NCBI GenBank assembly: GCA_045594385.1
Contig: JAZNYM010000032.1
Location: forward strand, 8,339 to 72,338
Direction of reading: 5' to 3'
Source: Bacteroidaceae bacterium
GTDB lineage: Bacteria; Bacteroidota; Bacteroidia; Bacteroidales; Bacteroidaceae
DNA length: 64,000 bases
Part shown: positions 47,070 through 56,390 of the stretch, one piece after another
Numbering within the stretch: position 1 is the first letter of the stretch
Layout of the letters: each line of letters starts with the position of its first letter
The notes under the pieces: generated by a model
Database searches by the model: none
Seen by the model: only the letters and a program-made list of their open reading frames with translations
What the model was told of the DNA's origin: nothing
Position numbers and translations under genes: made by a program

Positions 47070-48069
47070 TCCCATAGTCAGCGTTGTTGTTGCCGTACAC
47101 AACATAAAAGAACATATACGGCAATGCATTGAATCGGTACTAGACCAAAGCCTACAGGAATTGGAACTGGTGCTGGTCGACGATGTCAGCACGGACGGTA
47201 CTGCTGACATACTCAGGGAGTATGCGGAAAAAGACAAGCGCGTAAGACTCGTATGGCAACCGCAAAACGGCGGCGCACAACTGGCACGCAATGCCGGCAT
47301 ATCCGTTTCATGTGGCAAGTATATCACCACTTTGGACCATGACGACTTTCTGGCCTCCGATGCTCTAGCCTGTGCCATTGATACGTTCCGCAACCATAAA
47401 GACCTGCAATGTGTCTGCTTCAGGGAAATCAGGCTCCTGCCGGACGGTTCCTTCCTTGAGCACAAGGAAAAGAACTCTTTCGGCCTCATCAACGGCGAAG
47501 AGGCATACCGCAGAAGTATCAGTTGGAATGGCATTACCGGCAGGATGATAGTTACCAGGGAATTGCAGATGCAGTATCCCTTCGACAACTGCGAACGTGT
47601 ATACGGCGAAGACAATACCGCACAGATGCAGTTCCTCGCCTCGCCCCTAGTGGCCAGTTGCCAAGGCATATATTACCACCGCCTGCTCGACACATCGCTT
47701 TCGCACAAGGTCAGCCTTAACAATATCCGTGGCAATATCCGTTTCACCAACATGAAGCGCCAACTCAAAGCACATGGTTATAGCAATGAGATTCTAAGTC
47801 TGAACGAAACCGCCTTTTGGAAAAGCATAGTCAGTTCCTACTATTACTACCACCGCTACCGCCATCGTTTTTCCCAAGAGGAGCAACAGGAGGCCCTATA
47901 CCTTATTAAATATATGAGGGAGCAGATAGACACCGCCCTACTGGCACCTTCTACAAGATGGAGACCCGGCTACTGGAAGATGCCTTCATGGATCCTGTTC
48001 AGACTACAGGAAGAAACTTACTTCTTGCTTAGGCGATTAATCAAAAACGACAATAGTACATTGGAGTAA
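47059..48069 (+). CDS. Glycosyltransferase family 2
   Basis: VSVVVAVHN....CIESVLDQS, LVDDVSTDGT and TLDHDDF (DxD) motifs. Confidence 0.85.
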   Translation: MKHDPIVSVVVAVHNIKEHIRQCIESVLDQSLQELELVLVDDVSTDGTADILREYAEKDKRVRLVWQPQNGGAQLARNAGISVSCGKYITTLDHDDFLASDALACAIDTFRNHKDLQCVCFREIRLLPDGSFLEHKEKNSFGLINGEEAYRRSISWNGITGRMIVTRELQMQYPFDNCERVYGEDNTAQMQFLASPLVASCQGIYYHRLLDTSLSHKVSLNNIRGNIRFTNMKRQLKAHGYSNEILSLNETAFWKSIVSSYYYYHRYRHRFSQEEQQEALYLIKYMREQIDTALLAPSTRWRPGYWKMPSWILFRLQEETYFLLRRLIKNDNSTLE

Positions 48070-48084
48070 AAACCATCACCTGCT

Positions 48085-49185
48085 ATGAAGTCCCTGAAGA
48101 AAACCATCCGATACATTTGGCATATTATCGCCCTGCTCTTAATACCGTTGCGGTATGCTATCTACTGCACAAGATTCCAAAAACATTTACACATAACGGC
48201 AGAGGTTGCCGAAGAGAAACTTTCTGCCATCCAGCCCGACAAAGGACAAACCTGTCTGTGCAACAACAGCATAGAAGCCGCCTACGACCTTCACATCATC
48301 GTACCCGTATACAATACTGCCCCATACCTAAAACAATGCCTCGATTCCATCTTTCAGCAAGAGACAGAGTTTTCCTTCTTTGTCTCCATAGTGGATGACG
48401 GCAGTACAGACAACAGTCCAGCCTTGCTCGACGATTATCATGCGTCCCTACAAGGAAGTTCCCATTACTCTAACACTGAAATCATACATCAGACCAACCA
48501 AGGGCCGTCTGCCGCCAGAAACGTTGCCCTCAGGAACATACGCGGCAAATACCTCATGTTCGTTGACAGCGATGACATGCTTCTGCCCGGAGCCATCCAG
48601 ACGCTAATGAACGTCGCCATCCTGTCTGGGGCAGACATTTCTGAGGGGAACTTCAACTGTGGCCCATCACATGGCTGTGCGTGCGGAAAGGTTTATCGTT
48701 CGGAACTCTTCCGCCATGTCCATTTCCCACCCGGATATTGGTTCGAGGATACCCTGAACATCTTCTATCTTTATCCTCTCTGCCACAGGATTGTCCAGGT
48801 TCCGGGCACACACTACTATTATCGGCCAAATCCAGTTTCCATCATGCATTCCTTTCAGGGCAATGAGCGTACTGTGGACTCTCTTTGGGTAAGCCGACGC
48901 GTCCTTTCCGACTACTTCTCGCAAGGACACAAGGCGACGCCCAAACTGCTACGCTTCTATCTTCAGGACACTCTTTCCACTGCCTCACATTTCCACACTT
49001 TGAAAAACGAGCAGGCCATGCAGGCGCTTTTCGTCACTCATTGCGATATATTCCAGAAATACTTTGCCGCTTCCCAAAATGACAGCAGTCACAACACCGG
49101 ACTCCCACTTCTACTGAAAGGGGTTGCCTTTTCTTTGTCAAAAGCAAACTACAGATTATTCCGCACTATTGCAGACTGTATTTAA
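48085..49185 (+). CDS. Glycosyltransferase family 2 with an N-terminal TM segment
   Basis: IIVPVYNTAPYLKQCLDSIFQQ, IVDDGSTDNS, GPSAARN and FVDSDD motifs. Confidence 0.85.
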   Translation: MKSLKKTIRYIWHIIALLLIPLRYAIYCTRFQKHLHITAEVAEEKLSAIQPDKGQTCLCNNSIEAAYDLHIIVPVYNTAPYLKQCLDSIFQQETEFSFFVSIVDDGSTDNSPALLDDYHASLQGSSHYSNTEIIHQTNQGPSAARNVALRNIRGKYLMFVDSDDMLLPGAIQTLMNVAILSGADISEGNFNCGPSHGCACGKVYRSELFRHVHFPPGYWFEDTLNIFYLYPLCHRIVQVPGTHYYYRPNPVSIMHSFQGNERTVDSLWVSRRVLSDYFSQGHKATPKLLRFYLQDTLSTASHFHTLKNEQAMQALFVTHCDIFQKYFAASQNDSSHNTGLPLLLKGVAFSLSKANYRLFRTIADCI

Positions 49186-49350
49186 CCCAAATCGGGCATC
49201 AGACTGCTACGCAATAATGAAACCATCTTTTTGTCACCCGTTTCGTCGTTTCGCGGTTACAATGGAACCCTATTGCGCCCTCAAAGCGGCAAAACATCTG
49301 TCCAAAAATAGAGGCTATTATCATCATAACGCTAATGAGCGATTTGGGTA
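49184..49350 (+). mobile_element. 167-bp MITE-like element with 11-bp terminal inverted repeats (AACCCAAATCG ... CGATTTGGGTa)
   Basis: A second copy of identical length, about 85 percent identical by eye and in inverted orientation, lies at 62726-62892. The element starts inside the TAA stop of the GT2 gene. Confidence 0.7.
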
Positions 49351-49381
49351 AAAAAAACAAAGGCTTTAAGGTCCTTTTGGG

Positions 49382-49417
49382 TTATTGTCATCATAACGCC
49401 AATGACCGATTGGGGGG
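49382..49417 (+). repeat. Solo copy of the right end of the 167-bp element
   Basis: ttattgtcatcataacgccaatgaccgattgggg matches 49315-49350 (ctattatcatcataacgctaatgagcgatttggg). Confidence 0.65.
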
Positions 49418-49428
49418 AAGGGTAAATG

Positions 49429-50535
49429 CTACGTTGTCATGATAAACGAGTATAGTTTCTCGTATTCTCTGGCAACCTTATCCACACCGTGGTGCTTGCG
49501 GACATATTCCACACTCTGCCTTTTCAGTTCAGGCAAGCGTTCAGGATGCAGCACCAACTTCTCCAACTGGCCATACACGCTTTCCTCGTTCGGTTCCACG
49601 TTAATTATCGGACGTAATGCGCTCTCCCCTATGAGGTCATAATGCTCTTCCTCTCCACCTCCCACGCATACAATACCCTTGCTCATGGCCAGCAGGGCAT
49701 TCATGGCTGGCGTGTAACTATAGAGTTGGTCCAATATCACATCACTTCCGTCCATCATGCTCTGATACTGGGCAAACGGTACGCCCTCTGCCACAATCAG
49801 TTCCAAACGACCAGGATAAGCCCGCTTCAGACGCTTGGCTGCACGTAACATTATGTCTGTTCCTTTGTATTGTGAACGTCCCTTGCTGATGCCCACAAAT
49901 ATCCTTATCCCATCTCCCTGCGCAGGACGTGGTTTATTCTCCGCTATGGGGAAAGGTATGAATGAAGTCTTTGGCTTGAAGGCTCCGCTCTCTGCCAACT
50001 GGTATGTAATCCAATATTCGTACAGACCTGCCACTATAGCCTCCGAGCGTTCTGCCACATAACGGCAAAGGCGCTCGGCATCTGTACCTATCCACGTGTC
50101 AATGTCCGCCTGAGCCACAGCATCCGTACGGGGGAAGTCTCCTATGTTGAAGTCGCTGTAGCGCATTGGGCGTATATCGCGGTTCACCTGTACCCAATAA
50201 TGGTCCATACCGAAAGCACCTAGCACAACATGCTTGTTGTTCCGGCGCAGATAGTCAAAGATAAGACGATGAGGCCCTGGGCGCATCTCCAGAAAGACCG
50301 GGTTTATCAGTTGCACTATGTCATATCCGCGTAACCTTGGCAATGCACACAACAGGCGCCATGCAAAAGAGACATGGCCACGCCAATCCAGTCTGTGGCA
50401 TAGGTCTATATCCCTAGGATAGTCCTTCCAACCATCGCCTCCGCTGACCACAGTCACTTCATGACCAAGGGTACGAAGTCCCTGTGCCAAAGTCCAGTGT
50501 ACGTTGCTGTATTCACCTACGAGGAGTATCTTCAT
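49429..50535 (-). CDS. Glycosyltransferase (GT4-like, GT-B)
   Basis: 368 aa. MKILLVGEYSNVHWTLAQGLRTLGHEV N-terminus and a GT-B C-terminal domain. Confidence 0.7.
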   Translation of the reverse strand: MKILLVGEYSNVHWTLAQGLRTLGHEVTVVSGGDGWKDYPRDIDLCHRLDWRGHVSFAWRLLCALPRLRGYDIVQLINPVFLEMRPGPHRLIFDYLRRNNKHVVLGAFGMDHYWVQVNRDIRPMRYSDFNIGDFPRTDAVAQADIDTWIGTDAERLCRYVAERSEAIVAGLYEYWITYQLAESGAFKPKTSFIPFPIAENKPRPAQGDGIRIFVGISKGRSQYKGTDIMLRAAKRLKRAYPGRLELIVAEGVPFAQYQSMMDGSDVILDQLYSYTPAMNALLAMSKGIVCVGGGEEEHYDLIGESALRPIINVEPNEESVYGQLEKLVLHPERLPELKRQSVEYVRKHHGVDKVAREYEKLYSFIMTT

Positions 50536-50554
50536 ATATTCGTGTCTGCTAAAC

Positions 50555-51619
50555 TCACCCCTGTCTTATACTAAACCAGAAGCGTTTCCATTTTTCTATC
50601 ACATTACGCTTTGAGTATTCCGCTGACATCTCACTTGCATTTCTTCCCATCTGCTCCCTTAGGCAACTGTCTTCCATCAGTTCAGATACGGACCTCACAA
50701 AGGCCGCATCGTCATCCTGAGGTACAAGGAAACCGTTCTCACCGTTCCTGATTATGTCAGCAGGACCGTATGGGCAGTCTGTACTTACCACAGGCAGACC
50801 GTTTCGCATAGCCTCTATCAGTACCATCGGTAACCCTTCGGTTCTTGAACAGAGCAGAAGAACAGCACTCTTTGCATACATGCCGCCAATATCTGATACC
50901 TGACCATGCATAACCACACTGTCACCTATACCAAGGCGAGATATCTCGGCACTAAGTTCCGTTTCCAGTTCCCCTTCTCCGCAAATGTCCAACTGCCACC
51001 CAGGATGCCCTTTTACAATACTCTTCCACAGACTAACAAGCCTCAAAGGATCCTTCTCCGGACACAACCGTCCTACAAACAGGCACCTTCTTCCCTCCTC
51101 ACTGTGATGGTTAGGGCGGATTCCAGTGAAGTTAGGTATCACCTCCACCCTCTTTGCTCGGACATAGTTTGCCGCATCTCCCTTTGTCAGGCACACCACA
51201 GCGTCCACCCTGCGCTCCATCAGCGGATACAGCCACCTGTGGTTACTATGCTGACGTGCCGTATGTGCCTCGAAAACAGTATATCCCTTCCATGAAGAAA
51301 ACGTTGCCAGCATAGCACCCATGGCACGGAAATGCACCACCGCATCAGGAACTATCGCGCGTACCTTATTATTATATATATATAGGACACGTGGCATTAC
51401 CGCCAACATACCCAAGGCAGATTTCGGGCGTCCCACACCCAGGCAAACATGCTCCACCCTTTTGTCCAAGGGGAAGGCAGGAGCGTTTTCATCCTGCCAC
51501 ACCGTCATCAACACTACCTCAAAACCTTCCTCGGCGACCAGGGCGTTCATCTTCTCTATAATGATACGCTCCAGTCCCCCAACGGTGGAAATATGCTCTA
51601 TGACGTATAGCAGTTTCAT
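50555..51619 (-). CDS. Glycosyltransferase family 4
   Basis: 354 aa with a GT4 C-terminal motif region (SRTEGLPMVLIEAMRNGLPVVSTDCPYGPADII..GENGFLV). Confidence 0.85.
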   Translation of the reverse strand: MKLLYVIEHISTVGGLERIIIEKMNALVAEEGFEVVLMTVWQDENAPAFPLDKRVEHVCLGVGRPKSALGMLAVMPRVLYIYNNKVRAIVPDAVVHFRAMGAMLATFSSWKGYTVFEAHTARQHSNHRWLYPLMERRVDAVVCLTKGDAANYVRAKRVEVIPNFTGIRPNHHSEEGRRCLFVGRLCPEKDPLRLVSLWKSIVKGHPGWQLDICGEGELETELSAEISRLGIGDSVVMHGQVSDIGGMYAKSAVLLLCSRTEGLPMVLIEAMRNGLPVVSTDCPYGPADIIRNGENGFLVPQDDDAAFVRSVSELMEDSCLREQMGRNASEMSAEYSKRNVIEKWKRFWFSIRQG

Positions 51620-51694
51620 GACTGTTTTCTCTAATCAAGGTCTTCAAAGATCTTGGGGAGCTTGCCCCCAAGATCCTTAAAGTCCCTCCTATCC

Positions 51695-52522
51695 CTATCT
51701 CTGATGAATCGTCAATTGCGGATAGGGGAAGTTAATACCTAACTTGTTGAACTCGTTGTATATCTTCTCATTGGTTTGGAAGAATACATCCCAGTAGTTC
51801 TCGCTCTTCACCCACACACGTACTGTCATGTTCACACTGCTGTCCGCCAGACTGCCAAGGACGATTACTGGTGCAGGTTCCAGCAATACCCTTTCATCTT
51901 TGGATAGGATTCCAGACAGGGTCTCTCTTACCTTGTCTATATCCTCGCCATACTCCACAGCAACATTAAAGTCCACACGACGCAACGGTTCCTTGCTGTA
52001 GTTTGTGATATTGCCGCTGGACAAAGCCCCATTGGGCAGATAGATCTTCTTGTTGTCAGGGGTTGTCAGTATGGTGTGGAATATCTGTATTTCAGACACA
52101 GTTCCGCCAGTTCCCTGAGCTTCTATGTAGTCTCCTACCTTAAAGGGACGGAACAGCAGTATCACAATGCCACCTGCCAGGTTCTGCAGATTGCCGGACA
52201 AAGCCATACCTACTGCCACACCGGCCGAAGCCAACAGGGCAGCAAAACTGGTTGTATTCACTCCCAATGCACTCACTACACTGATAACCAGCAGTATCAT
52301 CAGCAGGATGTTCACCAGGCTTCCCAAGAACGTCTGTATTGCAGGGTCCACCTTCTTACGCTCCATCACACCATGAAGCATGCGGTTTATCAGCGATATC
52401 AACGCCTTACCGACAAAATATATGATTATGGCAATGATAATGCTCTTGCCTGCTTCCACTCCAAGGTCAATGCCTTTATCTATCAATTCCTGTATGTATT
52501 CGCTATTGCCTAATTCTTTCAT
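51695..52522 (-). CDS. mscS: Small-conductance mechanosensitive channel (MscS family)
   Basis: Three TM segments followed by the MscS beta-domain motif FRPFKVGDYIEAQGTGGTVSEIQIFHTILTTPDNKKIYLPNG. Confidence 0.9.
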   Translation of the reverse strand: MKELGNSEYIQELIDKGIDLGVEAGKSIIIAIIIYFVGKALISLINRMLHGVMERKKVDPAIQTFLGSLVNILLMILLVISVVSALGVNTTSFAALLASAGVAVGMALSGNLQNLAGGIVILLFRPFKVGDYIEAQGTGGTVSEIQIFHTILTTPDNKKIYLPNGALSSGNITNYSKEPLRRVDFNVAVEYGEDIDKVRETLSGILSKDERVLLEPAPVIVLGSLADSSVNMTVRVWVKSENYWDVFFQTNEKIYNEFNKLGINFPYPQLTIHQR

Positions 52523-52589
52523 GTTACCTTTTTACCTTATATATTATTATAGGTTCATCGCCTACAGTTTCTCTTTTATTTATTGTTGC

Positions 52590-52623
52590 AGACACCTCTT
52601 CGCCAATTGGCGGAGAGGTGTCT
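52590..52623 (-). terminator. Hairpin downstream of nifJ (possible terminator with a weak U-tract)
   Basis: agacacctcttcgcc aatt ggcggagaggtgtct forms a 15-bp stem with one mismatch, 34 nt after the nifJ stop. Confidence 0.45.
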
Positions 52624-52656
52624 TATCATGGATTGTATGCTTGTATGCATCTAAGT

Positions 52657-55600
52657 TTACAGAGACCAGTCCTCCTGGGTCTTGCGGATGTATGACTTGT
52701 AGCGGCGCTGTGCTGCAGCCTTACAAGCATCATACAGTTCCTGTGCCTCCTGTGGAGCGGCCTTCTTCAGAGAGAGGAAGCGAACCTCGCCCTCGAGGAA
52801 GTCCTGGAACTTGTCCCATTCGGGCTCCTTGCTGTCCAGCTGGAAGGGGTTCTTGCCCTCTTCGCCCAGAGCGGGATTGTAGCGCCACAAGTGCCAGTAA
52901 CCGCACTCTACAGCCTTGGCCTCCTCGGCCTGGCTCTTGCCCATGCCGCCCTTGGCCTTCAGGCCATGGTTGATACAGGGAGCGTAAGCGATTACCAGTG
53001 AAGGACCGTTCCATGCCTCAGCCTCGCGGAATGCCTTCAGACACTGTGCCTGGTCGGCACCCATAGCCACCTGTGCCACATAAACGTTGCCGTATGTTGC
53101 CTGCATCAGACCCAGATCCTTCTTGCCCACACGCTTGCCGTTGGCAGCAAACTGTGCAATGGCACCGATGGGAGTAGCCTTTGATGCCTGGCCGCCGGTA
53201 TTTGAGTAAACCTCGGTGTCGATGACGAAGATGTTCACGTCCTCGCCTGAACCGATAACGTGGTCCAGACCACCGTAACCGATATCGTAGGAAGCACCGT
53301 CACCACCGATAATCCACTGGCTGCGCTTAACCAGATAGTGATCCAGTTCCTTCAACTGCTGGCAAACGGGGCAACCAGCCTCGGCACCTGCGGCAATCAT
53401 GGGCTTCAGCACTGCTGCCGCTGCCTTAGAGGCACCGGTGTCGTTCTGACCCTCTAACCACTGCTGTGCAGCAGCCTTGAATTCGGCAGGAGTCTCCTCC
53501 GAAGCAATAGCCTCATTAAGCAGGACGTTGATGCGTGCCTTCATCTTCTTGTTGGCCAATACCATACCCAGACCGAACTCGCAGAAGTCCTCGAACAGGG
53601 AGTTTGCCCATGCAGGACCCTGACCTTCGGCATTCTTGGTGTAGGGGGTAGAGGGGATAGAACCGGAGTAGATTGAAGAGCAACCGGTAGCGTTGGCCAC
53701 CATCTGACGGTCACCGAACAACTGGCTGATGAGCTTCACGTAGGGAGTCTCACCACAGCCGGCACATGCACCGCTGAACTCGAACAGAGGCTGTGCAAAC
53801 TGGCTGTTCTTGGGGCTCTGCTTGATGTCCACCAGATGCTGCTTGCTTGTCACCTTCTGCATGAAGTACTTCCAGTCGGCGGCATTCTTCTGAGCCTCCT
53901 CGGAAGAGTCGTCGTAGGCCTTCATTGTCAGAGCCACGCCCTTCTTGGGGTTGCCGGGACAAACGTCGGCACAGTTGCCGCAACCCAGACAGTCCTTGTC
54001 ATCCACAGCGATGACGAAGTGCATGCCCTTCATAGTGGCGGGAGCCTTCATCTCTATGCTCTGGCCCTCGTAGCCTGCCAGTTCCTCGTCGGTCATTACG
54101 ATAGGACGGATAGCGGCGTGAGGACAAACGAATGCACACTTGTTACACTGGATACAGTTCTCGCTGTTCCATACGGGCACAAAGCCGGCAACGCCACGCT
54201 TCTCGTATGCGGCAGTACCCTGCTCCCATGCACCGTCCTCTATGCCCTTGTATGCACTCACGGGCAACAGGTCGCCGTTCTGTGCGTTGATGGGACGTAC
54301 CAAGCTGGTGATGTATTCGGGCTCGTCATACTTGGGAGCCTCGTCGGCAGGCAGGTTCATCCAGGCGGGATCCACGGGCAGAACCTTGTACTCGCCACCG
54401 CGGTCCACGGCAGCATAGTTCATGTTCACCACGTCCTCACCCTTCTTGCCGTAAGACTTCACGATAGCCTTCTTCATCTGCTCTACTGCCAGTTCCACGG
54501 GGATTACCTCGGTAATACGGAAGAATGCAGACTGCAGAATGGTGTTGGTGCGGTTGCCCAGACCAATCTCCTGAGCGATCTTGGTAGCGTTGATATAGTA
54601 AACGGTAATGTTCTTCTCGGCGAAGTACTTCTTCAGGTTGTTGGGGATGAAGTTCACCAGTTCCTCGCCCTCGAAGATGGTGTTCAGCAGGAACTGACCG
54701 CCGGGCTGCAGACCGCGGATAACATCATACATGCGCAGATAAGCCTGAACGTGACATGCCACGAAGTTGGGAGTCTTGATCTGGTATGTGCTGCGGATGG
54801 GAGTGTCGCCGAAGCGCAGGTGAGAACAGGTAAAGCCGCCGCTCTTCTTTGAGTCGTATGAGAAGTAAGCCTGACAGTACTTGTCGGTATTGTCACCGAT
54901 AATCTTCACAGAGTTCTTGTTAGCGCCCACTGTACCGTCGGCACCCAGACCGAAGAACTTGGCCTCGAAGATACCCTTGCCACCCAGCGCCATCTCTTCC
55001 TTCTTGGGCAGAGAGGTGAAGGTAAGGTCGTCCACGATGCCCACGGTGAAGTGGTCCTTGGGCTGAGCCATCTCCAGATTCTCGAATACACCCAGAATCA
55101 TGGTGGGGGTAACGTCGGCACTGCCCAGACCATAGCGGCCGCCCACGATGAGGGGAGCATTCTCCACACCATAGAAGGCATCCTTCACGTCCAGCAACAG
55201 AGGTTCGCCGTTGCTGCCGGGTTCCTTGGTGCGGTCCAGTACGGCAATGCGCTTGCAGCTTGCAGGCACGGCCTTCAGCAGGTGCTTCACAGAGAAGGGA
55301 CGATACAGGTGTACGCTCACCATACCGTACTTCTTGCCGTTGGCGTTAGCATGGTCAATAGCCTCGCGTGCAGCCTCGGTGGCAGAACCCATCAGGATGA
55401 TGATTTCCTCTGCATCCTCTGCGCCATAATATGTAAACAGGTCATACTTGCGGCCTGTGCGCTCGCTGATTGCGGCCATGTACTTCTCCACGATGGCAGG
55501 AACGGCATCGTAGTAGCGGTTGCAGCTCTCGCGGTGAGCGAAGAAGGTCTCGGGGTTCTCTGCCATACCCTTTGCCATGGGGCGTTCGGGTGTCAGTGCA

Positions 55601-56223
55601 CGTGAACGGAACTCGCTCACTGCCTTCATGTCCACCAGGTCGCGAACGTCGTCGTCCTCTATCAGTTCCACCTTCTGGTATTCGTGAGAGGTGCGGAAAC
55701 CGTCGAAGAAGTTGATGAAGGGCACGCGGGCCTCTATGGCAGCCAGATGTGCTACGGCACTCAGGTCCATAACCTCCTGCACGCTACCCTCTGCCAGCAT
55801 GGCGAAACCGGTCTGGCGGCAAGCCATCACGTCGCTGTGGTCACCGAAGATACACAGAGAGTGTGTGGCCACAGTACGTGCGCTCACGTGGAACACGCTG
55901 GGCAGCAACTCGCCGGCTATCTTGTACATATTAGGAATCATCAGCAGCAGACCCTGGCTGGCGGTGAAGGTAGATGTCAGAGCACCTGCCTGCAGAGAGC
56001 CATGCACGGCACCGGCGGCGCCGGCCTCAGACTGCATTTCCTGAACCAGGACTGTATCTCCGAACAGATTCTTTCTGCCCTGTGCAGCCCACTCATCCAC
56101 ATGCTCCGCCATAGGAGACGAAGGAGTGATGGGATAGATGGCGGCAACCTCACTGAACATGTAAGCCACATGTCCGGCACAGGTATTACCGTCCCATGTC
56201 ACAAATTTCTTTTCTTTTGCCAT
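52657..56223 (-). CDS. nifJ: Pyruvate:ferredoxin (flavodoxin) oxidoreductase
   Basis: 1188 aa. Two ferredoxin-type 4Fe-4S motifs (CIQCNKCAFVCPH and CLGCGNCADVCP), a TPP-binding GDG region (IIGGDGASYDIGYGGLD), and colinearity with PFOR throughout. Confidence 0.95.
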   Translation of the reverse strand: MAKEKKFVTWDGNTCAGHVAYMFSEVAAIYPITPSSPMAEHVDEWAAQGRKNLFGDTVLVQEMQSEAGAAGAVHGSLQAGALTSTFTASQGLLLMIPNMYKIAGELLPSVFHVSARTVATHSLCIFGDHSDVMACRQTGFAMLAEGSVQEVMDLSAVAHLAAIEARVPFINFFDGFRTSHEYQKVELIEDDDVRDLVDMKAVSEFRSRALTPERPMAKGMAENPETFFAHRESCNRYYDAVPAIVEKYMAAISERTGRKYDLFTYYGAEDAEEIIILMGSATEAAREAIDHANANGKKYGMVSVHLYRPFSVKHLLKAVPASCKRIAVLDRTKEPGSNGEPLLLDVKDAFYGVENAPLIVGGRYGLGSADVTPTMILGVFENLEMAQPKDHFTVGIVDDLTFTSLPKKEEMALGGKGIFEAKFFGLGADGTVGANKNSVKIIGDNTDKYCQAYFSYDSKKSGGFTCSHLRFGDTPIRSTYQIKTPNFVACHVQAYLRMYDVIRGLQPGGQFLLNTIFEGEELVNFIPNNLKKYFAEKNITVYYINATKIAQEIGLGNRTNTILQSAFFRITEVIPVELAVEQMKKAIVKSYGKKGEDVVNMNYAAVDRGGEYKVLPVDPAWMNLPADEAPKYDEPEYITSLVRPINAQNGDLLPVSAYKGIEDGAWEQGTAAYEKRGVAGFVPVWNSENCIQCNKCAFVCPHAAIRPIVMTDEELAGYEGQSIEMKAPATMKGMHFVIAVDDKDCLGCGNCADVCPGNPKKGVALTMKAYDDSSEEAQKNAADWKYFMQKVTSKQHLVDIKQSPKNSQFAQPLFEFSGACAGCGETPYVKLISQLFGDRQMVANATGCSSIYSGSIPSTPYTKNAEGQGPAWANSLFEDFCEFGLGMVLANKKMKARINVLLNEAIASEETPAEFKAAAQQWLEGQNDTGASKAAAAVLKPMIAAGAEAGCPVCQQLKELDHYLVKRSQWIIGGDGASYDIGYGGLDHVIGSGEDVNIFVIDTEVYSNTGGQASKATPIGAIAQFAANGKRVGKKDLGLMQATYGNVYVAQVAMGADQAQCLKAFREAEAWNGPSLVIAYAPCINHGLKAKGGMGKSQAEEAKAVECGYWHLWRYNPALGEEGKNPFQLDSKEPEWDKFQDFLEGEVRFLSLKKAAPQEAQELYDACKAAAQRRYKSYIRKTQEDWSL

Positions 56224-56296
56224 TGTTATTGTTGTTTTATCGTCAGGCCCCAGGCCTGATAACGGTTAATAATTGTTTTCTTATCTTTTTGGCCAT

Positions 56297-56390
56297 CTAG
56301 AACACCTAGAAAGACTAGAAGTTCTAGAAAGTCTAGGATGTCTAGGAAGACTAGGATGTCTAGGAAGACTAGGAAGTCTAGTTCCTCTAG
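56297..56390. repeat. CTAG array: 11 CTAG cores on a strict 9-bp register
   Basis: CTAG starts at 56297 plus 9n for n = 0..10, counted by hand. The last CTAG contains the TAG stop of the AAA ATPase gene. Confidence 0.9.

Noticed and set aside
45197-47669. ORFs 45197..46147 (-), 46160..46969 (+, alternative frame) and 46986..47669 (-)
   Set aside because: They overlap the T9SS-plug, flippase and GT2 genes in antisense or an alternative frame, with low-complexity Cys/His/Arg-rich translations and no family resemblance.
49124-49351. Conserved small protein encoded by the 167-bp element (also 62632..62970)
   Set aside because: The ORFs borrow their starts and ends from different flanking DNA. 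Differences between the two copies are spread over all codon positions with many non-conservative changes. The TIR structure fits a non-coding MITE-like element better.
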